Source of the DNA: a virus
Lineage: Duplodnaviria; Heunggongvirae; Uroviricota; Caudoviricetes
Strand: one strand, 5' to 3'
DNA: 10,938 nt
Virus record (IMG/VR): IMGVR_UViG_3300029212_000210
Location: 1 to 10,938 of that record
Shown here: piece after piece, positions 1-7,455 of the stretch
How positions within the stretch are numbered: the stretch's first letter is position 1
Layout of the letters: each line of letters starts with the position of its first letter
Translations under genes and position numbers: made by a program
The notes under the pieces: model-generated
Database searches by the model: none
Told to the model about the DNA's origin: nothing
The model's input: only the letters and a program-made list of their open reading frames with translations

Positions 1-816
1 ACGGTCTATCTTGGGGCAGGTTTAACTGAGCAGGATATTAATTATTTCTGCTTTTACTGGGATGATGTGGTTATTCTAGATAGTGAAAATATTCACTCGA
101 TTGTGCCTAAAGAAAAAGAATTATTAGATAATGGGGTATTACGTAGACCTATTATGAAACATGATGGTATGCTGAATATCCAAGACTTTCCATTTTTATA
201 TACGGAATTTCAGTTGCAGACATTGGATGAATTCAGGAAGAACGAGCCTGCTACTTATTGGCACTTTCATCAAACAGGGGAAAATTTAATATATGATAAA
301 GAACAGAAAACGGCCCTTCAGTTGAGATTGGAGTTGTTTAATGTTCTGAGAATTCCTGATAAAGATGCTCATATAGAAGATATATTACGTTTTAAAGATG
401 ATTGTCAGGATGATCTTAATGCGTTACATGAGTACTTAGAAAAACTGTATACTGAAGTCCTTTATTCTAGAGACCCTAATCTAACGAGGGCTAAAAATTT
501 TTCTTTATTACAAGAGGCTGTAGTTAATCTTGATAAAGCTATCGAAGGGAAATGGAGAAATCCTATCAGAATGGGAGTCAAAGCCAATCCAGAAGTAGAT
601 GGTGGGCAGGTTATGGAATTTTTAAAACCGTTGTACCATGCTGCTATTGCTGGTTATTCAGGCGGTATTATTCCCGGTATGGTTACAGCCTTGGCAACCG
701 CAATTCCAAGTTTTATAAAATTCCAACCAGAATGGGTGGGCTTTAGAGATAAGGGGCCTAAAGAATTAGCTTATCTTACCAAAGCAACGCATAAGGGGTT
801 GATTAAGAGAGCTTAA
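1..816 (+). CDS. Hypothetical protein, 5'-partial. The frame is open from position 1 and the ORF track starts it at a GTG at 67. AT-rich cargo gene in the P2 tin/old hotspot, with a hydrophobic C-terminal segment.
   Basis: Seen: an uninterrupted frame-1 ORF from the window edge to the stop at 814-816. GC is about 35% against about 55-60% in the neighbouring structural genes (counted by eye on sample stretches). Hydrophobic stretch GYSGGIIPGMVTALATAIPSFIKF near the C-terminus. I recognise no named family. Confidence 0.6.
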   Translation, partial: TVYLGAGLTEQDINYFCFYWDDVVILDSENIHSIVPKEKELLDNGVLRRPIMKHDGMLNIQDFPFLYTEFQLQTLDEFRKNEPATYWHFHQTGENLIYDKEQKTALQLRLELFNVLRIPDKDAHIEDILRFKDDCQDDLNALHEYLEKLYTEVLYSRDPNLTRAKNFSLLQEAVVNLDKAIEGKWRNPIRMGVKANPEVDGGQVMEFLKPLYHAAIAGYSGGIIPGMVTALATAIPSFIKFQPEWVGFRDKGPKELAYLTKATHKGLIKRA

Positions 817-918
817 GGCATTTTAATCGATTTTCGCAACTATATTCCTTCGTAACCACACAAGTGCATGACTATGCCGCATGAATCCGCATGATCGTTT
901 GAGGATCGTTTTAGCTGA

Positions 919-947
919 GGCCCGCTAGGAATGGCGGGCCTTTGCTT
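919..947 (+). terminator. Putative rho-independent terminator downstream of the cargo ORF
   Basis: Seen: stem GGCCCGC (919-925) paired with GCGGGCC (934-940), 8-nt loop, then TTTGCTT. Confidence 0.5.
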
Positions 948-988
948 ATGTCATGCAGGCGCATGAAAACCACTACATAAAGCGGGCA

Positions 989-1007
989 GGCGTGGCGGGG
1001 ATACGAG
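989..1007. other. Putative cos (cohesive-end) site of the P2-like genome
   Basis: Seen: GGCGTGGCGGGGATACGAG, located between the hotspot ORF and the 3' end of Q. Established (from memory): the P2 and 186 cohesive ends begin GGCG(A/T)GGCGGGGAAAGCA and lie next to the Q gene. The exact cut positions are not determinable here. Confidence 0.5.
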
Positions 1008-1095
1008 CGCGCGCAACGGGGTAAAATGGCCAAAATCCGGCGCAGCCTCTGGCCCGCTGGCAGCCTCATTTTGCGTAGGGGGAAAATGTCAGGAC

Positions 1096-1131
1096 AAAAA
1101 GAAACGCCCTGCAGAATGCTGCTGGGGCGTT
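1096..1131 (-). terminator. Rho-independent terminator of the P-Q operon
   Basis: Seen: inverted repeat AACGCCC (1103-1109) / GGGCGTT (1125-1131) with an inner GCAG/CTGC pair. On the minus strand it is followed by UCUUUUUGU (plus-strand A-run 1096-1102), 36 nt past the Q stop. Confidence 0.6.
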
Positions 1132-1166
1132 GTGAGAATTGGTCAGTTATTGATGTTGTGAGTATG

Positions 1167-2216
1167 TCAGCCTCGTTTGCTCTTAAGTCCTAAGTCATAG
1201 GTTTCAAAACGGATCACCTTTTCACCCAGCCAGTTGTTAAGCTCCAGCAGTCGCTTTTGCAGTGGCATCAGCTCATTGCGGACGAAAACACGGCTCGCCT
1301 TTTCCACATCACCGAAGCCGCCAGTGTTGTTGGGAATGATACCCATCATTTGCGGCGGTACGCGGTGTGCCGCCATCATGTCGTCCCGACTCACGTTCTT
1401 GATGTTCAGAAATTCATCCTTCGCCGCGACTTCCGACAACGGGATGATCTGAAGCCCGTCCTTTTTGCCGTTAGGCGAGTACATAAACAGGTTACGGAAG
1501 TTACCAGGACCTTTGGCACTTTTCATTGCGTTGCGGAGGTTGTTCACATCCTCCTGGTTCTGCGCGGCGTCGGTCATGTACATGATGAAGCCCGCATGGC
1601 TGCCGTTAATGTAATACTTCCGGCGGAACAGCGTGGCGGACTCGTTGAGCAGGGCGGATGGAATGGCAGAAAGGTAACCTGGCAGACCATAAATCTCCTG
1701 GTTGATATCCGGCTCCATCAGGTGGAAGACGTTACCTTTTGTGAACTGATACGGCTGTGTCGTCAGGCTGTATTGCACAAACCAGTAGGTATCCAGGTCT
1801 AACCCGCGTCGGGTGTATTTTGCCAGCGCAGGTTCAAGGGCGATAACTTCACCGAAGCGGTTCGTGCGTTTCTCCAGGTAGGCGTTACCAAATACCAGAT
1901 AGTCCTGCACAAAACGTGAAAAAGCCTGCTGGCTGAGCAGTGGGTGAGGGATATAGGTGCTGGTCAGAATGTTGCACTTTACTGCAATCGGTGAGCTGTG
2001 GTGTACGGCGGCGCGGAATGTTCGCGCCAGGCCGTCGAAACTCACAGGCGGCTCATACCAGCGGTCCATCTGTACGCATTCCACATAGTCCAGCAGTTCG
2101 CGGCGGTCAAGTACTGGAACGGGATCACCGAAGCTGAATGCTTCGGCTGAAGTCTGGCTTTTATGCTGAATCTGGTTCGTCGACGCAGCGCGGTTCTTCT
2201 TACTCTTTCCCATCAA
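1167..2216 (-). CDS. Q: Portal protein (P2 gpQ family)
   Basis: 349-aa ORF. Position and orientation match P2 Q (next to cos, transcribed toward cos, ATGA overlap with the P stop). The sequence matches my recollection of P2 gpQ. Confidence 0.9.
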   Translation of the reverse strand: MMGKSKKNRAASTNQIQHKSQTSAEAFSFGDPVPVLDRRELLDYVECVQMDRWYEPPVSFDGLARTFRAAVHHSSPIAVKCNILTSTYIPHPLLSQQAFSRFVQDYLVFGNAYLEKRTNRFGEVIALEPALAKYTRRGLDLDTYWFVQYSLTTQPYQFTKGNVFHLMEPDINQEIYGLPGYLSAIPSALLNESATLFRRKYYINGSHAGFIMYMTDAAQNQEDVNNLRNAMKSAKGPGNFRNLFMYSPNGKKDGLQIIPLSEVAAKDEFLNIKNVSRDDMMAAHRVPPQMMGIIPNNTGGFGDVEKASRVFVRNELMPLQKRLLELNNWLGEKVIRFETYDLGLKSKRG

Positions 2217-3979
2217 AAAATCTCCACAATATTGCTGGTATTGGCGGACTCGCCCTGCAGCGGTTCGTTAAACAGTGCGTGCATTGTTGCCCAGGCCAGA
2301 TCGGCGTGGCTGGCTTCTTCGCTGCGGCTGGCTTCATAGGTCGGGCGGTTGCCGCTGGCGGTGGTTGCGCGACGGATTGCCATGAATGACTGCGCAATGT
2401 CGGTGTGTCCGGCGTCAAACTCCAGACGGCGGTGGCTGATAATGTCGTAGGCCTTGAGTACCAGGGCATTTTTAACATTGGGGTTATAGACAAACTCCCG
2501 GACGGCAGGAAAGAAAGCTTTCACGTTCTCATAAACCCCGTGACCAACGCCGGTCGAGTCGATACCGATATACGTAACGTTGTACTGTTCGGTGAGTTTT
2601 TTGATGGCGTCAGCCTGGGCGCGGAAGTCCATCCCGCGCCACTGGTGACGCTCAAGAATGCGGAACTTACCACCCGGCACGGCTGGCGGAGCCACCACCA
2701 CGCATCCGGCACTGTCGCCGTTCTGCGTACCTTTTGCCGGGTCATAACCGATCCACACTTCGCGCCAGCCAAACGGGCGCAGCGCCAGTGCATGAAAGTC
2801 GGTCCAGACTTCCCAGCTGTCCACCATGCACGCCTGCAGCTCGCTGAGCGGGAACACGGACGCGAGATCGTCCACGAACTCACACATCAGCAGGTTCTGG
2901 TATTCGTCCGGGCTGTACTCCATGCGCAACTGGCCGAGGTCGAACAGGTTACAGCCACCGCGCACCGCATCTTCCACGGTGACTATCTGGCGGTATTGCC
3001 CGTCTGCGCACAGCAGGCCGGGGGCCAGATTGCTGTGGGACAGGTCGATGTCCACCTTGTCAGCTTTGTTGCGCCCACGGTTGAACAGCGCACCGGACCA
3101 GAACGGATAAGCACTGTGGGTCAGACTGGATGGTGTGGAAAAATAGGTCTGCCGCCATTTCTTGTGAATAGCCATACCGGAAGCCACTTTGCGTAGCTCC
3201 TGAAATTTCGGTATCCAGAAATATTCATCCAGATACAGGTTGCCGTGATAACTCTGGGCCGTGCGGGCATTGGTGCCGAGGAAGTAAAGCGTGGCCCCGT
3301 TAGGAAGCACCATCGGATCGCCTTTCAGCTCCACCTCCACTTCTTTGGCGAAGTCGATGATGTACTGCTTAAAGACGTGGGCCTGTGCCTTACTGGCGGA
3401 AAGGAAAATCTGGTTACGCCCGGTAAGCAGGGCGTCAATCAGGGCTTCACGGGCAAAGTAAAAGGTCGCGCCGATCTGGCGTGACTTCAGCAGGTTGCGG
3501 ATGCGGTTGGTTTTTCCGGCTTCCCACCAGTGGCGCTGGTAGTTGAACATGGAGGAATGGAAGATTTCTTCCAGCTTCTCAATCTGTTCATCGGTGAAGA
3601 CATTTTTTTCCGGCTGACGGCGCGGGCCTTTGTTGCGGTTGGCGACGTTAGGGTTTAAGTCGGCTTCGTTGCCGCCATTGTTAAACTTGCCGATCCGCGC
3701 GTGGCGCTCAGACTGGCGCGCCAGCAGGTCAATCTCTTTGAAATCTTTCCCTTCTTTGTGCTCCTTCATAATGAGCTGGCAGTAGCGTGCGGCGGTGGTG
3801 AGCTGCATCTGATCCAGCGGCCCATAGTCACCCCACTTGTCGCGTTTTTTCCAGCTGTGAACGGTTGCAACTTTCTCGCCCAGCATTTCAGCAATGCGGG
3901 CGACGCGGTATCCCTGAAAGTACAGCAGCATGGCCTGCCGACGGGGATCGAGATCTGCGGGTGTCAGTGTGGTGTTCAT
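2213..3979 (-). CDS. P: Terminase large (ATPase) subunit (P2 gpP family)
   Basis: 588-aa ORF immediately upstream of Q on the same strand. Length and sequence are consistent with P2 gpP (about 590 aa). Confidence 0.92.
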   Translation of the reverse strand: MNTTLTPADLDPRRQAMLLYFQGYRVARIAEMLGEKVATVHSWKKRDKWGDYGPLDQMQLTTAARYCQLIMKEHKEGKDFKEIDLLARQSERHARIGKFNNGGNEADLNPNVANRNKGPRRQPEKNVFTDEQIEKLEEIFHSSMFNYQRHWWEAGKTNRIRNLLKSRQIGATFYFAREALIDALLTGRNQIFLSASKAQAHVFKQYIIDFAKEVEVELKGDPMVLPNGATLYFLGTNARTAQSYHGNLYLDEYFWIPKFQELRKVASGMAIHKKWRQTYFSTPSSLTHSAYPFWSGALFNRGRNKADKVDIDLSHSNLAPGLLCADGQYRQIVTVEDAVRGGCNLFDLGQLRMEYSPDEYQNLLMCEFVDDLASVFPLSELQACMVDSWEVWTDFHALALRPFGWREVWIGYDPAKGTQNGDSAGCVVVAPPAVPGGKFRILERHQWRGMDFRAQADAIKKLTEQYNVTYIGIDSTGVGHGVYENVKAFFPAVREFVYNPNVKNALVLKAYDIISHRRLEFDAGHTDIAQSFMAIRRATTASGNRPTYEASRSEEASHADLAWATMHALFNEPLQGESANTSNIVEIF

Positions 3980-4025
3980 GGCACAAACCTACAGTCTTGA
4001 ATGAAGGCTTTCCCCGCCTGCGGTT

Positions 4026-4043
4026 TGTGTGGTTGTCGGTACA
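4026..4043. promoter_or_regulatory. Candidate Ogr-dependent late-promoter element (TGT-N12-ACA dyad) in the divergent P/O intergenic region
   Basis: Seen: TGTgtggttgtcggtACA, centred about 88 bp upstream of the O start codon. Established: P2 late promoters carry a TGT-N12-ACA element centred near -55. This pattern also occurs by chance a few times per 10 kb, so the position is what supports it. Confidence 0.5.
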
Positions 4044-4121
4044 AATACCGCGCATTGTTTCACTGCCCTCATCACCGCAACCATAAGGCTCCAGTAAGTT
4101 TTTTCTAACGGAGCACGGCTC

Positions 4122-4955
4122 ATGACAGTGAAAGCAAAGCGTTTTCGCATCGGGGTGGAAGGTGCCACTACCGACGGACGTGAAATCCAGCGTGAATGGC
4201 TGGAACAGATGGCAGCCAGCTACAACCCGGCGGTGTATACCGCGCTGATTAACCTTGAACACATCAAGTCTTATCTGCCGGACAGCACCTTTAACCGCTA
4301 CGGCAAGGTGACGGCGCTGTTTGCTGAAGAAATCACGGAAGGTCCGTTGGCAGGCAAGATGGCGCTGTATGCCGACGTTGAGCCAACGGAATCCCTGGTG
4401 GAACTGGTGAAAAAAGGCCAGAAATTATTCACCTCTATGGAAGTCAGCCCGAAGTTTGCTGATACGGGCAAAGCCTACCTGGTCGGCCTGGCTGCCACTG
4501 ATGACCCTGCCAGTCTGGGCACTGAAATGCTGACATTCAGCGCCAGTGCAGCCCATAACCCACTGGCAAACCGCAAGCAGAATCCTGCCAATCTCTTTAC
4601 CGCTGCAGAGGAAACGGTGATCGAACTGGAAGAAATCCAGGACGACAAACCGTCCCTGTTTGCCCGTGTCACGGCGCTGTTTACCAAAAAAGAGCAGTCC
4701 GATGACGCCCGGTTCGCTGATGTGCATAAGGCCGTGGAGCTGGTCGCCACTGAGCAGCAGAACCTGAGCGCACGCACCGAAAAATCCCTGTCTGAGCAGG
4801 AAGAACGCCTGTCTGAGCTGGAGACAGCCCTGCAGGCACAGCTGACCGCCTTTAACGAACTGGTGGACAAGCTGAGCCATGAAGACAGCCGCCAGGACTA
4901 CCGCCAGCGTGCAACAGGCGGTAACGCCCCCGCTGACACTCTGACCAATTGCTGA
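4122..4955 (+). CDS. O: Capsid scaffolding protein (P2 gpO family)
   Basis: 277-aa ORF, first gene of the rightward head operon. The acidic, coiled-coil-like middle and a C-terminus ending in TNC resemble P2 gpO. Confidence 0.88.
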   Translation: MTVKAKRFRIGVEGATTDGREIQREWLEQMAASYNPAVYTALINLEHIKSYLPDSTFNRYGKVTALFAEEITEGPLAGKMALYADVEPTESLVELVKKGQKLFTSMEVSPKFADTGKAYLVGLAATDDPASLGTEMLTFSASAAHNPLANRKQNPANLFTAAEETVIELEEIQDDKPSLFARVTALFTKKEQSDDARFADVHKAVELVATEQQNLSARTEKSLSEQEERLSELETALQAQLTAFNELVDKLSHEDSRQDYRQRATGGNAPADTLTNC

Positions 4956-4971
4956 TGGAGCACAAAACCTG

Positions 4972-6030
4972 ATGAAGAAGAATACCCGCTTTGCTTTTAA
5001 CGCTTACCTGCAGCAGCTGGCGCGTCTGAACGGTGTGGCTGTTGAAGAACTGTCCAGCAAATTCACCGTAGAGCCGTCTGTACAGCAGACGCTGGAAGAC
5101 CAGATCCAGCAGTCCGCCGCTTTCCTGACGCTGATTAATGTCACCCCGGTGACTGAACAGTCCGGTCAGTTGCTTGGATTGGGGGTTGGCAGCACCATTG
5201 CAGGAACCACTGATACCTCCGCGAAAGAGCGTGAGCCTGTCGATCCGACGCTGATGGTCGATGTGGAATATAAATGCGAGCAGACCAACTTTGACACGGT
5301 GCTGACCTACGCGAAGCTGGACCTGTGGGCGAAGTTTCAGGATTTCCAGGTGCGTATCCGTGACGCCATCGTGAAACGTCAGGCACTGGACCGCATCATG
5401 ATCGGCTTTAACGGCGTGAAGCGTGCGAAAACCTCCAACCGTAGCGAAAACCCGCTGCTGCAGGATGTGAACAAAGGCTGGCTGCAGAAAATCCGTGAGG
5501 ATGCATCGGATCACGTCATGGGCAGCACCACCACGGGCGGTGAAACCACACCGGGTGCGGTGAAAGTCGGGAAAGGTGGCGAATATGCCAACCTGGACGC
5601 AGTGGTGATGGATGCCGTCAATGAGCTTATCGACGTGGTCTACCAGGACGATGACGATCTGGTGGTGATTTGCGGGCGTGAACTGCTGTCTGACAAGTAT
5701 TTCCCGCTGGTCAACAAAGAGCAGGAAAACAGTGAAAAACTGGCTGCCGATATGATCATCAGTCAGAAGCGCATGGGGGGCCTGCAGGCCGTGCGTGCGC
5801 CGTTCTTCCCGCCGAATGCATTGCTGATCACCCGTCTGGATAACCTGTCCATCTACTGGCAGGAAGACACCCGTCGCCGTTCAGTTATCGACAACCCGAA
5901 ACGTGACCGGATTGAAAATTTTGAATCCGTTAACGAAGCCTATGTGGTTGAGGACTACCGCTGCGCCGCACTGGTGGAAAACATCCAGATTGGCGATTTC
6001 AGCGCCGCTGCAGCAGAAACCGGAGCGTAA
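4972..6030 (+). CDS. N: Major capsid protein (P2 gpN family)
   Basis: 352-aa ORF following O. Strong resemblance to my recollection of P2 gpN (for example the FAFNAYL, FTVEPSV and MIGFNGVKRA..SNRS.NPLLQDV stretches). Confidence 0.92.
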   Translation: MKKNTRFAFNAYLQQLARLNGVAVEELSSKFTVEPSVQQTLEDQIQQSAAFLTLINVTPVTEQSGQLLGLGVGSTIAGTTDTSAKEREPVDPTLMVDVEYKCEQTNFDTVLTYAKLDLWAKFQDFQVRIRDAIVKRQALDRIMIGFNGVKRAKTSNRSENPLLQDVNKGWLQKIREDASDHVMGSTTTGGETTPGAVKVGKGGEYANLDAVVMDAVNELIDVVYQDDDDLVVICGRELLSDKYFPLVNKEQENSEKLAADMIISQKRMGGLQAVRAPFFPPNALLITRLDNLSIYWQEDTRRRSVIDNPKRDRIENFESVNEAYVVEDYRCAALVENIQIGDFSAAAAETGA

Positions 6031-6033
6031 TTC

Positions 6034-6684
6034 ATGAGCCTGAGTCCCGCACGGCAGCATCGCCTGCGCGTCCAGGCTGAACAGGCCGCCCGCGAGGGCG
6101 GCAGTGTTCGCCACGCGTCGGGCTATGACCTGATGCTGCTGCAACTGGCGGAAGACCGCCGCCGTCTCAAGGGTGTTCAGTCCACGGTCAAAAAAGCGGA
6201 AATCAAGGTGGAGCTGCTGCCGAAGTACGCCGACTGGGCAGAGGGTGTCCTGGCTGCCGGAGGCGCACAGCAGGATGACGTGCTGATGTACGTGATGCTG
6301 TGGCGCATTGATGCCGGAGATTATGCCGGGGCGCTGGAGATCGGGCGTCACGCCCTGCGTCATGGCTGGGTGATGCCGTTAGGTAACCGCAACGTGCAGA
6401 CCGTGCTGGCAGAGGAAATGGCAGATGCAGCCCAGAGCGCAATGCTTGCCGCCACCGGCTTTGATGCCGATCTGTTGCTGCAGACGCTGGAGCTGACAGA
6501 CGGTATGGATATGCCGGACCAGTCACGGGCGCGTCTGCATAAAGCGATTGGCGCTGTCCTGAGTGAAAACAATCCGGCGTCCGCCCTTAATCATCTCAAC
6601 CATGCGTTACAGCTCGATCCCCGCTGTGGCGTGAAAAAAGACAAACAGCAGCTGGAGCGCAGACTGCGCAATGACAGCCGCTGA
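6034..6684 (+). CDS. M: Terminase small (endonuclease) subunit (P2 gpM family)
   Basis: 216-aa ORF directly after N (3-nt gap). Resembles P2 gpM (for example QDD.LM.VMLWR.D.GD.AGALEI, GVKK). Confidence 0.87.
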   Translation: MSLSPARQHRLRVQAEQAAREGGSVRHASGYDLMLLQLAEDRRRLKGVQSTVKKAEIKVELLPKYADWAEGVLAAGGAQQDDVLMYVMLWRIDAGDYAGALEIGRHALRHGWVMPLGNRNVQTVLAEEMADAAQSAMLAATGFDADLLLQTLELTDGMDMPDQSRARLHKAIGAVLSENNPASALNHLNHALQLDPRCGVKKDKQQLERRLRNDSR

Positions 6685-6704
6685 CAGAACGTGCCCCCGC
6701 GCAC

Positions 6705-6765
6705 GGGCGGCACGGGGTGGCGAAAGGCACTGCCACATCAAAACCCCGTCCACCGCCCTTTATTT
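6705..6765 (+). terminator. GC-rich stem-loop followed by TTTATTT between M and L. Possible attenuator or processing structure.
   Basis: Seen: GGGCGG-c-ACGGGG (6705-6717) pairs with CCCCGT-cca-CCGCCC (6744-6758), with an inner GTGGC/GCCAC hairpin, followed by TTTATTT (6759-6765) just before the L ribosome-binding site. Confidence 0.3.
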
Positions 6766-6779
6766 CAGGAGAAAGCAGC

Positions 6780-7313
6780 ATGAAGTTTGTTGCGCCAGAA
6801 CAGGCACCGGAACAGGCGGAAATCATCAGAAATACGCCGTTCTGGCCTGATGTGGACCTGTCGGAGTTTCGCAGTGTCATGCGCACTGACGGCACGGTGA
6901 CGCAGCCGCGTTTAAAGCAGGTTGCGCTGTCGGCAATTTCGGAGGTCAACGCAGAGCTGTATGAGTTTCGCAGACGCCAGCAGATGCTGGGGTATGCCTC
7001 GCTGGCAGAGATTCCGGCGGAACAGCTGGACGGCAAAAGTGAGCGCATTCAGCACTATTTCAACGCGGTTTACTGCTGGGCACGCGCCATGCTCAACGAA
7101 CGTTACCAGGACTATGACACCACGGCATCCGGTGTGAAGCGGGGCGAGGAACTGGCGGAAGCCAGCGGTGATTTATGGCGTGACGCCCGCTGGGCCATCA
7201 GCCGGGTACTCGAGGCCGGAGAATCAAGACAGCGTATTGCACTGATTTTTGATGTAGGCGTTTCTACCATTTATAGAAAATTTCCGGCAAATAAGATCAA
7301 TGAATCCCCCTGA
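6780..7313 (+). CDS. L: Head completion/stabilisation protein (P2 gpL family)
   Basis: The ORF track starts it at 6717, but an in-frame ATG at 6780 is preceded by AGGAGA and gives 177 aa, comparable to P2 gpL (169 aa). NTPFWPD.DL..FR and RRDARWAISR.L motifs match gpL. The C-terminal 25 aa are diverged. Confidence 0.82.
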   Translation: MKFVAPEQAPEQAEIIRNTPFWPDVDLSEFRSVMRTDGTVTQPRLKQVALSAISEVNAELYEFRRRQQMLGYASLAEIPAEQLDGKSERIQHYFNAVYCWARAMLNERYQDYDTTASGVKRGEELAEASGDLWRDARWAISRVLEAGESRQRIALIFDVGVSTIYRKFPANKINESP

Positions 7314-7361
7314 ATCAGCATTATGTTGATTATCCCTGCAAGCAGACAAATACCGTTATTT

Positions 7362-7379
7362 TGTGTGAATAACGACACA
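7362..7379 (+). promoter_or_regulatory. Candidate Ogr-dependent late promoter (F-promoter equivalent), TGT-N12-ACA dyad
   Basis: Seen: TGTgtgaataacgacACA, centred about 85 bp upstream of the FI-fragment start codon. Same reasoning as the O-promoter dyad. Confidence 0.5.
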
Positions 7380-7455
7380 ACTGCGCTTAGCTGTTTGTCA
7401 GGCACAATCACTTCAACATAGGGCGAAGCCTAATCCAATCAGGAGGTTCGCCACT

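Noticed and set aside
199-222. R-x5-H motif (RRPIMKH) in the cargo ORF that could hint at a HEPN nuclease
   Set aside because: A single short motif with no surrounding HEPN-like helix pattern that I can verify. Too weak to call.
552-746. 64-aa ORF in an alternative frame
   Set aside because: It is nested in the 1..816 ORF in a different frame. The longer frame open to the window edge is preferred.
1257-1802. 181-aa plus-strand ORF (and 1234..1452, 1940..2137, 2138..2389)
   Set aside because: Antisense to the portal gene Q and the start of P. Same reasoning.
2405-3196. 263-aa plus-strand ORF, together with 2521..2883 and 2826..3110
   Set aside because: They lie entirely antisense or out of frame within the terminase P gene. 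Long spurious ORFs are expected on the opposite strand of GC-rich coding sequence, and there is no ribosome-binding site or family resemblance.
3968-3985. A third TGT-N12-ACA match (TGTggtgttcatggcACA)
   Set aside because: It overlaps the P start codon rather than sitting about 55 bp upstream of a transcription start. This pattern is expected by chance two or three times in 10 kb.
4852-5514. 220-aa minus-strand ORF (and 4425..4880, 4475..4870, 5141..5386, 5881..6363, 6203..6526, 6360..6572)
   Set aside because: Antisense to O, N and M. They overlap well-supported genes almost entirely and have an unremarkable, low-complexity composition.
6717-6779. ORF-track N-terminal extension of gene L (start at 6717)
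   Set aside because: The extension runs through the GC-rich hairpin and U-tract and lacks a ribosome-binding site. The ATG at 6780 has AGGAGA upstream and gives a gpL-like length.
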